DNA from: Camelus ferus
Taxonomy: Eukaryota
DNA length: 64,000 nt
Direction: 5' to 3'
Assembly (NCBI RefSeq): GCF_009834535.1
Contig: NC_045707.1
Location: forward strand, 19,902,001 to 19,966,000
In this document: piece after piece, positions 52,546 through 64,000 of the stretch
Position numbering within the stretch: the stretch's first letter is position 1
Layout of the letters: the number at the start of each line of letters is the position of its first letter
Position numbers and translations under genes: made by a program
Notes under the pieces: model-generated
What the model saw: the letters and a program-made list of their open reading frames with translations, nothing else
Database searches by the model: none
What the model was told of the DNA's origin: nothing

Positions 52546-55500
52546 ATGAACTGTGAACTCCTAGCCACGTGTAGTGCCCTTGGGTACTTGGAGGGGGACA
52601 CATACCACAAGGAGCCGGATTGCTTGGGTAAATACCTTTTTGAGGAAACAGGTTTTTTAAAAAAAAAAAAAAAAAAAAAAACTTTCTTGAGTCGAGGTGT
52701 TTTGAATTTCTCAAGCCATGGGTGTGAAAAGCACGTGGGCTTGGGTGGGGCTCCTTCTAGGGTTCCGTGTAAGTGTTTATCCTGTCCCCGAAGAGAGTGT
52801 GAAGGATTTGATCCGCTACTTGAAGCACGAGGACGAGACGCGAGATGTGCGGCAGCAGCTGGGGGCCGCGCAGATCCTGCAGAGCGACCTTCTGCCCATC
52901 CTTACCCAGCACCGCCAGGACAAGCCTCTCTTTGATGCCGTTATCAGGTTGACTCCCCAGCTTTTTAACTTTTACCACATTCCAGCCTTTGGCGTTTGTG
53001 CCTGGTGAGAAAACTTAACAACATCTCCCTCCTTCGTTGCCTCCCCAGGCTGACGGTGAACTTGACGCAGCCAGCCCTGCTCTGTTTTGGCAGTGTGCCC
53101 AAGGAGCCCAGCTTCCGGCACCACTTTCTGCAGGTGCTCGCGTACCTGCAGGCCTACAAAGAGGTGCGGTTTTCCTTCAGAGTCCCCGGGGCAGCACCTG
53201 GGGGTGGTGGGGAAGGGGTGGGTGGGGACTACTTAAGGCCCATCCCCCTACTTCATAGGCCTTTGCCAGTGAGAAGGCTTTTGGAGTCCTCAGTGAAACC
53301 TTGTATGAGCTGCTGCAGCTGGTGAGTCTCCACCCAACAGGACCCCAGCGGACAGAGCCCCAGGCCGGGCACTGTCAGGACATACTGAGTTTGCAGATAT
53401 GGTCCCAGGCCTTGGAGATAACATTGTCCAATCCATTGTCTCTGCTGCCTCAGGACAGCTAGAACTCTACTTTCTTAATTCTGATTCTCCTCTGTGCCTC
53501 TGTCCCCCAGTCAGGGTAGATGGCGCCCGCCTTCCGTAGGGAGCCTCTTCCTCTAACTCTTCCTCTGACTAGGGCTGGGAGGAACGGCAGGAGGAGGACA
53601 ACTTGCTGATTGAGCGGATCCTGCTGCTGGTCAGAAATATTCTCCATGTCCCAGCTGACCTCGATCAGGAGAAGGTGATCTTGGGTTGTCCGAGTTCTTG
53701 TACTTGGTTAGGTCCAGCTGCCCCTTTTTCTCCGTTCTGTCCTCTGACAAGTCTGGGAGAACTTTGATCAAGGAATGTGTTGGAGAACTTCATGGAAGGC
53801 CGTAGAACTGAATGACCTCCCTCTTTCCCCTCACCCCTCACCGCTCAGAGGATCGATGATGATGCCAGTGTCCACGATCGGCTTCTCTGGGCAGTCCACC
53901 TCAGTGGCCTGGACGACCTGCTCCTCTTCCTGGCCAGCTCACCTGCGGAGCAGCAGTGGAGCCTACATGTGCTGGAGGTCATCTCCCTTATGTTCCGTGA
54001 TCAGGTGAGACCCTGTCCTGTTGGCTCCAGTCCCTTCCCCTATGTCGTTTTCTGCTACGCATCCAGAATTGCTCTTGTGTCATGATTGAATTATCTGGGG
54101 AAGGCAGGTGACAGGTAGAGTTGCCATGTCTTAAGTACAGTGTCCCATCAACAGTGCTATTTTGTTCACTCTTCCTGTCCCCACTAGGAATGAACTCACA
54201 ATAAGGAATGACTGTCCTTCTGACTCTCCCCTCCTTGTCCCACATGTAGCACCCTGAGCAGCTGGCAGGGGTAGGGCAGGGACGCTTAGCTCAGGAGCGG
54301 AGCACAGATGTGGCAGAACTGGAGGTGCTGCGCCAGCGTGAAATGGCAGAGAAGAGGACTCGGGCCCTTCAGCGAGGCAACAGGTGAGCGGCGGGGAGCT
54401 GCTCTACCAGTGTTCCCATTCCTGCGCTACTGGGAGTGCTGGGGCTTGGGCCAAGTGCAGACAGTGGTGGCCGGAGACCATTCTGCAGTTACAGCGTGCT
54501 CTGATGTGTTGGTGAAAGAGAGTAGGGATGGAGCTTCAAGAACATTGAGGAATCACTCTGGACCTTTTTTTCTCTGCAGGCATTCTCGATTTGGGGGCTC
54601 CTACATTGTCCAGGGCTTGAAGTCCATTGGGGAGAGGGACCTCATCTTTCACAAAGGTCTCCACAATGTAAGTATGTGCCCGTCGGGGGTGGGAACATTG
54701 TGGAGTGGGGGCCCTATGAAAGGTAAGCATCTCTGGAGTAAAGCTTCTCTGTTCTTGGGCTTAGAAAGCTGGAGACTAGGAGAAATAGAGCCTTTGGCAT
54801 TATTGTCTTTACCTATATCTTCAGCTTAGTACCAGAGGGCAGAGGGAGAGCACCTTCTGTGAGTTTCTTCTGAGAAAACTGCAGTACCAGAGACGTGGGA
54901 AGAGCTGCAGGGGAGGGTGGTGGTTAGGAGTAATTCTAATCCCCTCAACCCACACCCCCCAGCTCCAAAACTATAGTTCTGATCTGGGAAAGCAGCCCCG
55001 ACGGGTGCCCAAACGTCGCCAGGCTGCCCGGGAGCTGTCTGTCCAGCGCCGCTCTGCCCTCAACGTGAGACTCTTCCTCAAAGACTTCTGCTCTGAGTTC
55101 CTGGAGAACTGTTATAACCGGCTCATGGGCTCAGTGAAGGTGAGAGCCTAGGGAGGATGGAGTAGGGAGGGGATGGGGCCAGGCTGTGGGTAAGAGGGGC
55201 AAGCTGCGGAGGGGCCGACAGGAAGCTGACCGTGGAGTGTGGACTAGTAGGTGGGAAGGGCACCCCTGAGAGATGCTGTCGGGGTCAGGATGGAGTGGGT
55301 TATTGGTAATGAAAAAAGGGCTCTAGAGAAATTGCTCCAGAGGAAGGGGAAGGGGATGGGGGGAGAACAAGAGAAGGATGGAAATTGTGGGTCCTAGAAT
55401 ATTGTTACTGTGGTGTCCGGGGTCCACCTGGTCATCATAGGACAGCGGGAAGTTGGAAGCCCTGAGGTCATAGAATGGTCTGTTTTTCCTGGACGTTAGG

Positions 55501-58500
55501 ACCACCTGCTTCGGGAAAAGGCCCAGCAGCACGACGAGACCTACTACATGTGNNNNNNNNNNNNNNNNNNNNNNNNNNNNNNNNNNNNNNNNNNNNNNNN
55601 NNNNNNNNNNNNNNNNNNNNNNNNNNNNNNNNNNNNNNNNNNNNNNNNNNNNNNNNNNNNNNNNNNNNNNNNNNNNNNNNNNNNNNNNNNNNNNNNNNNN
55701 NNNNNNNNNNNNNNNNNNNNNNNNGGAGGAGAACTGGGGTTAGAGCGGATGTCTTGGCCAGGCTGGGAATCTGAATACCTGAATTTTGGATGGTACTGCC
55801 TTTCCTCTTTCAGGTTGAAGGTGGTCAGGCTGGGGAGCGAGGACTGGCTGAGTCATTCAGTTTTTGATGAAACAGTTTGAGGAGGGGAAGGTGCAGAAGG
55901 ATGATGCTGTTTCCATGAGCCAAGGTCCTAAGTTGTCTTCATTTCACCTCTGTCCCTCTCGCAGGATGCACCTGGCTCTGAAGGCCTATCAGGAGCTGCT
56001 GGCCACAGTGAATGAGATGGACGTGTCCCCAGACGAGGCTGTGAGGGAGAGCAGCCGCATCCTCAAGAGTGAGGTCCCAGCCTGGCCTCTAATCCACCTC
56101 CCCCGCTTCTCCACCCGAATCCCACTCTTCCCAGCCCCAGCTTCGCCCATCTCTCCTTTGCCCAAACTTTCCAGGCCAGTCCTTCCATTCCTTTCTCTTT
56201 CCCATTTCTAGACAACATTTTCTATGTGATGGAGTACCGAGAACTCTTCCTGGCACTCTTTCGAAAGTTTGATGAGAGATACCAGCCCCGCTCTTTCCTT
56301 TGTGACCTGGTGGAAACCACCCACCTCTTCCTCAAGATGCTGGAGCGGTTCTGTCGGAGCCGTGGGAACCTGATGGTGCAGGTACTGGGCAGCCCAGGGT
56401 GTGGAAAGAGCTGGGAGGAAAGGGTCCAGGACGGGGGTTCTCACATTTTCTGTAGCTTAAGCTGATCTGTGAGAACTACCCTGAACTGAGGGCAAGCGTT
56501 TCCGTGGTGTTGCCAGTGTGAGTCTGCCTTGTGAGTTTCCTTCTCCCGTTAGGCGAATCCCTGATCTACCATAAATATCTTAATTCATTCAGGAACATTT
56601 ATTAAACACCTGCTCTGTGCTAAGCACATAGACTCTGAGGGTTCATAATTTTAGAATTTAGTAATTAAGCTGTGATATTTCTTGATTATACTTCAGAAGT
56701 ACTGTAGTGAGATGGAAAGAGCCTTAAATTAAAAGTCAGAAGGTCTGGGATCTCGCCCTGTGTCAGTTATTATTAGAATAACTCAAGCTGCTTGGGTCAG
56801 CCTCCAGATCTTTTAAGTTGGTTGCAATATCTATCCATGAGCCTGAAATGAAATAATAAATGAAAAGTCTGGGGCCACCTCAAGGAATTTGTATCCTGGA
56901 GACACAGGGACTCTGCTTTGTGAAAATATTCCTATAATTCTATTTGCTACAGCTTAAAATCCGGTCAGAGCTGGACTTGAAAAGGGCTGTAGTACCAATG
57001 AGACTTTGCTAAAAGTTCTTTTTACATTCAGGGCTCTGTTGTATTATCAGTACTAATGGATGCTGTCATTTATTGAGTGTTTACTTTGTCACAGGTGTTA
57101 TGCTAAGGTTTTCCTGTAAGTCTCACCACACTAGGACACATACATGGAGTGGTTAAGCAACTTGTCCAGGGTCTTACTGGTAAATAGCTAGCGTCAGCAC
57201 GTACATCCTGATCTGCCTGACTCTGGAGTTCATGCTCCTGATCTTTGGTGTGTTTATAAGTTCCTTGAATTGAGCATGAAGCTTATTAAGGGCCTGATAG
57301 CCCATGCTGTTTGCTCACAGAGAAGACTGGTTCACAGCCTTGGCTTAGGGGAGCAGGGCTGGAGTATCGACTCATTCTCCTGTTTTTCAGGAGAAAAAAT
57401 TATAGTTTACATTTGCAGAGTGCTTTGCATTTTACAAAGCCTTTTCACGTAGAATTTCTTGTCCTCCTAGTAGATCTGTTCATTCTGTAGACTTTTGCTT
57501 AAGATATCACTGCTTTGGGGAAAACTCTGGCCCCCAGGAAATGAGCCAAGTGCTTTTCCTTTTAGGCTCAGCCACGTTCTCGGTCTTATCCACACTGCAG
57601 TGTCATTTGCTTGTGTGCTTACCTGTCTCTCCCCTAGTAGACCACAAGCACCTCAAGGGCAAGGAAATGTGTGTTCACCGTTGCCTTCCTGCTGCCATCG
57701 AGCAGAACATAGCGGTCACACTGTGAATGTCTAGTTAATTCAGAGGTCTAGTTAATTAATTAATAGAGAAGACATGGATAGGAAAAAGGCCTCTCTAGCT
57801 CTCCTGCCATCCCAACACAGCTCTTTCTCCATAGAACAAGAGAAAGAAGAGAAAGAAGAAAAAGAAAGTCCCAGACCAGTCCGTTGCTTCTGGTACGGTC
57901 CCCTGCAGCCCAGGGGAGCTGGAGGCTGTGTGGCCGTCCCTGGCCGAGCAGCTACAGTGCTGTGCCCAGGTACGTAGCTGCGGAAACCCTGTCTTTCTCA
58001 AGGGTAGTGCTCTGGGCAGGCTGTCTGGGTCCCCCCAAGCCCCTCCTCGCACTGTTCCCACAGCTTTAGTAATCCCTCTCTAGGATCCTGAGCTCAGTTT
58101 GGACTCTATGGTTCCCTTTGATGCGGCCTCAGAGGTGCCAGTGGAAGAGCAGCGGGCAGAAGCCATGGTGCGGATCCAAGACTGTCTCCTGGCTGGCCAG
58201 GCCCCCCAGGCCCTGGGCCTCCTTAGGTCTGCCCGGTAAGAACCCTGCTTACCCATCCTCCTGGATCCAGCCCCGGGGCTTTTAGGGGCAGGGGGAGGCT
58301 TTCTCTGAGGTACCAGGTTCTCAGTCTTCAAAAGGGAAGTTCCATCAGAAGTCCTGGGGCCCTGTACTGAGTCAAGTCCTGGCGAGTTTTGATTGGTTTA
58401 TTGGGGAGGTTTATTGTTTGTTTTCATTTTACTTTTGAGAAATACCAGAAAGTACAGCTAATTGGGGGAAAAAATAAAGATAATTCTACAAGCCAAATAT

Positions 58501-61500
58501 AGCCATCATTAACGTTGTTTTTGAGTTATCGTCCATAGTTTTTTTCCCCTCTGTGTTATATATACAGACACATATACCTTCTTTCACAAAATCAAAATAT
58601 TGCAATACTGATTAATTTTTTCACTTCTTAAACATTGTGAGCATCATTTCACATCAGATATAATTCTGCAATTGTTAATGCTTTTGAAACACCATCGTGT
58701 TGAGGGGAGGATATAGCTCAAGTGGTAGAGCACATGCTTAGTGTGCACAAGGTCCTGGGTTCAATCCCTGATACCTCCTCTAGAAAGATAAGTAAATAAA
58801 TAAACCTAAATAAAACACCATTGTGTGACTATGTACATCTGTTCAACTAAACATCAAGCATTTAGATTGTTTGCATTTTGTTCCTATATGGTTTTGATTG
58901 CAATGTGGCTTCTGAGGGAAAGTTTCCCTCCAGTCTTTTTCATCTTTGAGATAACCGTTCATATCCTCTTTCTGGCTAGAAAATAAAATAAGTCTAAATT
59001 TCTTCTCCCACTTCAAATTGTAACTCAGATTCCCTCTGGTGAAAGCCTTTTTCTCTCTGTGCCCCAGGGAGGTGTGGCCAGAAGAAGATGTGTTTGGTTC
59101 TCAAGACATTTCCCCAGAGGAGGAGATCCAACTGCTGAAACAGATCTTCTGGGCCCAGCTTCCCCGTGAGTCTCCATTTCCTTCATGTCTCTCTCCATCC
59201 AGCTCCTGTCTAGCCCTCGTCGCAGAGACCCAGTGAGCCCCATTCTTTCTGTAGGGCAGCAGGGCCTGGAGGAACGAGGGGTGGAGGAAGAAGAGGAGGA
59301 GGAGGAGGAGGACGAGGAAGAGTTGCAAGTGGTCCAGGTGTCAGAGAAAGAATTTAATTTTCTGGACTACCTGAAACGGTGCGGCCCGAGAGGACTGAGA
59401 TGGTGCCCGGATGGAGACTGGGGCGGTGAGGGCGAGCAGTGTCTTTCTCATGCCGACGTCCCCTCCCTCCCTGCCTTGGTGCAGCTTTGCAAACTCAACT
59501 GTCGTCCGAGCCTACGTGCTGCTGCTGCGCAGCTACCAGCAGAACAGCGCCCACACCAACCACTGTGTCGTCAAGATGCTGCACCGGCTAGCCCACGATC
59601 TCAAAATGGAAGCCCTGCTTTTCCAGCTTTCCCTCTTCTGCCTCTTCAATCGTTTGCTTAACGACCCTGCTGCCGGGGCCTACAAAGTGAGGGGATACAA
59701 GGAATGGGGGTCTGGAGGTGTTGGGGGGCCTGGGATAAAGGGATAGTCTTCAGGAGATAAAGTGCACTGAGCGGTGCAAGGCTGAGAGATGAGCGTGGTG
59801 AGGAGGTGGGCAGGAGGGTTGAGGGGGCTGCAGGGGGAAGGGTAGAAGATCCTGAGCCAGGAAGGGGCGTGTAGGAACAGGTGTAGAGAAAATACCTGGA
59901 GGGCTGTGTTTATATTTAGGCCCCAGGCCTCACAGGCAGCGTCCCTCCCCTACAGGAGCTAGTGACTTTCGCCAAATACATCCTGGGCAAGTTCTTTGCA
60001 TTGGCTGCCGTCAACCAGAAAGCCTTTGTGGAGCTGCTGTTCTGGAAGAACACGGCTGTGGTTCGAGAGATGACTGAGGGCTATGGCTCCTTGGATGGCG
60101 GGTGAGCTTGGGGATGGGGAAGGCTGGGGGGTGAGGGGGGTGGATGTGACAGTCCCAGAGTGTCAGAGCTGGAAGAGCTTGCAGATCAGTTAGTGTAACC
60201 TTTCTCTCCCTTTCACAGGTGAGAAAACAAGCCCTGAAGGTGAAATGCTTTACCTAAGGTCACGCAGGAGGGGAACTGGGATTGAGCCTACGTCTCCTGT
60301 CTACCCTTGTTTCCTTCTCCTTCATCAGCCTCCATGGGGTGGGGGTCAGTGGGGAGTGGGGTGGCCCCCTAGAGACAGAGTGTATGTACCCTGTCCCATG
60401 ATGTGCTGGGAAACTGTAAGGATGCACAGACATGTTTGTCATCTCTTCCTGAGCATCTCACTCCTCTCCTTCCACTCTTCTCTCTTTCCCATAACACTCC
60501 CAGTCCCTGCAGCGGTCAGGTTCCATAGGCCCAACCTGGAAAATCTTAGTTTGACTTTTGGGTGCTTAAGTGGAAGAGGAGTGAGAGGAAGGAAACACAC
60601 CTTAGGCCTCTGCTAACGGGCTCCTTTGCAGTACCTGCATCATCCTTATTCCTTTTGGAACTGACCAGAGGGCACCTTTGATCTCCTCTTTTGGGGCCAA
60701 CAGCCTACATGCTGCCCTCCTCCTTTCCCTGTTTAGATCCTCCAGTCGCAGACCCCCTGTGTGGAGCCCAGAGGAGGAGGCCCAGCTTCAGGAACTGTAC
60801 CTTGCCCATAAGGATGTGGAAGGTGTGAGGCCTTGAGGTCTGAAGAGTAAGGAGGGCAGCCTGAGCTCTGGGACCCCCCTTCACTGCCTTACTCCTCCCC
60901 CCCAGGACAGGATGTGGTGGACACCATCTTGGCACACCTGAAAACCGCTCCTCGGACACGCAAGCAGGTCATCCACCATCTGGTACGGCTGGGCCTGGCT
61001 GACAGCATCAAGGACTTCCAAAGGTACAGGCCTGTGCCCTGGAAGGAACTGAGATGGGGAATCCACCGTTCAGTCCCTGATTCCCCTCTTCCCTGGACAC
61101 ATCCCTAAACAGGAAAGGTACCCAGATTGTGCTGTGGACGGAAGATCAGGAGCTGGAGCTGCAGCGGCTCTTTGAGGAGTTCCAGGACTCTGATGGTAGG
61201 TGAGGTGGAAGCTCAGGGGGCTTCCGAGATGAGGGCCAGACTGTGCGTTTCTTCTGCTGCTTCCTGTTCCCAAGGAAGGCTTGTCCTGTCCCTTCTGCCC
61301 ACTTGCTCTATTTGTGATGTCGTTTTTGAGTGAACTGAGCCAGCCTTTCTCCACAGACCTCCGATTTCCTTTATTAATCCCTTTCCCCTGCTGCTCTTGG
61401 GCATTCGCACTTCCCCTCTCTTTAGACGTCCTGGGTAATATCATGAGGAACATCACAGCCAAACGCTCACGGGCTCGAATCGTGGATAAACTGCTGGCTC

Positions 61501-64000
61501 TGGGGCTGGTGGCTGAGCGGCGGGAGCTGTACAAGAAACGCCGGAAGAAGTTGGCGCCCTCAAACTTGGTAACAGTCTTACCCTGGGTCTGCCGGCTGGG
61601 CCCACCCCTACTGAAGTGATCCTTACAAGTAGCCCACCCAGTTCTTCCTGCCTCAGGATGCTCTGACCAGGTCTCCCAAGTGGGGCGGTCAGGAACCAGA
61701 GGACTCCACCAAGTTCCTCATCTGGTCTCCTTTATTTATTTTACTCTCAATGAAATTTAGCCTAATGAAGAGGAGTCCCTGCACAATTTTTGCCAGGAAG
61801 ATCTAGAAGAAGAGGAGAACCTGCCAGAGGAAGAGAGTGAAGAGGATGAAGAGAGATGGAGGAGCTCAGAAGCAGAACAAGCTCATGGTACCTCCAGCCT
61901 TTCAACTCAAAACCTCGGGCAAAGCCTGCATCTGGAAGGTGAGGAGGGAAGTCAGGAAGGTTGGGAGAGACATCTCTGGTGGCGGAGCTGGAAGTATGGG
62001 CCAGATACAGGTTTCCCTCTTTCCCATAGGCTTTTCTGCTCCCCTCCTGTGGCTCCAGAATTGCCTGATTCGAGCAGCAGATGATCGGGAGGAGGTTGGT
62101 AAGTGGATAAATGACGGTTTCAGGAGGACTGGAGGCTCCTGGAGACCTGGTTGTGAAATGGAGGACCAGTTCTTTCTTCACAGCTTCACCATATGATTGT
62201 TGACCCCGTCCTAGGCTGCTCCCAGGCAATTCCACTGGTGCCACTGACGGCAGAAAATGAGGAAGCAATGGAAAATGAACAGTTTCAGCAGCTGCTGCGA
62301 AAGCTAGGGGTTCGGCCTCCTGCCTCTGGGCAGGTAAATACACCAGTTATTGCATCAGCCAAGCCCCGCTGGTGCTACTTCAAGATACACCTCCCACTCC
62401 TCCTCCTCTTTTCCTGTCATCTCTGACCGTGACTCCTATAACAGCCGTCCTGCAAGTCTTCCTCCCTCCTGTCTTCCACTCTGCCCCCTGAGTTGTCTTT
62501 CTAAAATACAGCCTTGATTATATCACTCTCCCGTCCAGAGCACTTGCTGGTCCCCCACTGTTTGCAGAGCAGAATTCACAGCCTCCAAGGGGCATGCCTG
62601 GCCTTGGCCGACCTTTGCAGCCTCACAGCCATGCCACCCGCTCTCCTGCCTTACTCTGTAGTCATCCTGGGCTAATTTCCATCCTCCAAACAGTAGGCCT
62701 TTTCATACCATCAAACGTTGGCCTTTTCATACTATCAAACAGTTGATCGTGCCAGTCCCTCAGCTGGAAGGCTCCAACTGCAGACACGCGGTGACATGCA
62801 CGTCACCTGTCTTCCTGATGAACTTGCACCGAGTCAGTTCAAGAGTCAATTCAAGAGTCAGTTCAGTCGTCACCTCCTCAGAGAAGCGGTTTCTATTACT
62901 CTTTCAACCCCTGAAGCGGAAGTACAGTTGCCTCTGGGTTTCCAAGGAGGGGATTGGTTCCAAGACCCACTGCAAATACTGAAATTCACAGATGCTCATC
63001 TCTTTTATAAAATGACATAATATTTGCATATAACCTATGCGTATCATCTGTAGATTATTTATAATGCCTAACACAATGTAAATGCTATGTAAATAGCTGC
63101 CAGTGTACAGCAAATTCAAGTTTTGCTTTTTGGAACTTTTTGGAATGGTTTTTTTGTGAATATTTTTGAATCACTTGGTTGAATCCGTGGGTGTGGAACC
63201 CATGGATATGGAGGACCGACTGTAGTCACTTTGGTGGCTGGAATTTGTTCATTCCCATAGTATAGCCCCAATCCTGTGGTCTTACAGTACATTGGTTCTT
63301 TCTCCCATTAGATTGTGAGTTCCTTGAGAGCAAGGATCAAATCTGACTTAGGAGATCCCCAGGGGCCATTATTCATTTACTTACATAATTGACAACTATA
63401 TTTACTGGGAACCTCCTGATGTATCAGACACTGTGCTCAACACTGGGCATATGCTGGAAAAATAAGCAATAAGTAGAGTTCACAACCCTTGTGGAGCTTC
63501 ACCAGTGTAAGCTCCACATGTAAGCTCATGTTTATTCAGTGAGTAATATCAAAATCTGGTGAACCAGAGGCTGCTCCTTTCCCACCACTCTCATTTTCAA
63601 CTTCTTTGCCCCCGTAGGAAACCTTCTGGCGAATTCCAGCCAAGCTGAGTCCCACCCAGCTCCGGAGGGTGGCAGCTTCTTTGAGACAGCCAGAGGAGGA
63701 GGAAACGCTTCAGCCTGTACTAGAACCCAAGGTCCCTGGAGAGCAAGGCCCGGAGGAGGAGCACCAACAGGAGCACCGAGCACAAGCTCTGCGGGCCCTC
63801 CTGTTAGCCCGGAAAAAGAAAGCAGGCCTGGTGTCCCCGGAGGGTAATAGCAGGACCACTCTTGTATTGAGTGCTTACTACGTGCCAGCCGTGTGAATCA
63901 AGAGGGCTGATAGAGTATTTTGAGTCTATGAGGACCTAGTTCCCTAATTTTATTCCTCCTGTGGTCATTTCAGAGGAAGGGACTGATGAAGGGAAAGAGC
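52546..64000 (+). CDS. TIMELESS: Protein timeless homolog (3'-partial; exon 11 partly under Ns)
   Basis: Exon 2 starts 52469 (UTR). CDS join(52546..52627,52794..52947,53049..53163,53259..53321,53573..53674,53849..54004,54250..54383,54580..54667,54963..55139,55500..~55717,55965..56068,56212..56381,57835..57969,58084..58235,59068..59165,59255..59378,59485..59686,59956..60101,60737..60822,60906..61023,61113..61195,61426..61568,61761..61938,62030..62098,62215..62333,63618..63843,63974..>64000). All visible introns GT-AG; phases consistent if exon 11 is 218 nt. [37 protein letters not shown]...[17 protein letters not shown]. Confidence 0.97.
55553..55724. other. N-run (172 nt) covering most of TIMELESS exon 11 and its donor
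   Basis: Reading stops at ...ETYYM(W); the next visible sequence is intronic. Confidence 0.98.
58701..58812 (+). mobile_element. tRNA-Ala-derived SINE in TIMELESS intron 15
   Basis: ggggaggatatagctcaagtggtagagcacatgcttagtgtgcacaaggtcctgggttcaatccc; 14-bp TSD aaacaccat(c/t)gtgt at 58687-58700 and 58813-58826. Confidence 0.9.
62925..63222. mobile_element. MER2-like (Tigger-family) MITE in TIMELESS intron 26
   Basis: TA|cagttg...cgactg|TA with TA target duplication; internal gattggttccaagaccc and aatgtaaatgctatgtaaatagctg. Confidence 0.8.

Overview
Mammalian genomic window, most likely camelid: it carries six tRNA-Ala-derived SINEs of the Vic-1 type. The gene order matches human 12q13.3 in reverse: GLS2 (+, complete, 18 exons, 602 aa), SPRYD4 (-, complete, 2 exons, 207 aa), MIP/AQP0 (+, complete, 4 exons, 263 aa) and TIMELESS (+, non-coding exon 1 plus coding exons 2-28, cut off by the window end, exon 11 partly under Ns). 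The main unannotated item is a decayed second aquaporin gene 3-4 kb upstream of MIP on the same strand. Two exons are recognisable (32539-32889 and 33197-~33348); they carry the first NPA motif, AQP14-type motifs, frameshifts and stops, and intact splice signals. I call it an AQP14 pseudogene. Other items: a shifted TIMELESS start codon with an overlapping uORF, a candidate recursive-splice/poison micro-exon in TIMELESS intron 19, an E-to-A change in the TIMELESS PARP1-binding region, back-to-back poly(A) signals for convergent GLS2 and SPRYD4, and a Maf/Pitx/Sox motif cluster upstream of the aquaporins. Orthologue comparisons are from memory and repeat family names are by-eye calls; both need database confirmation.
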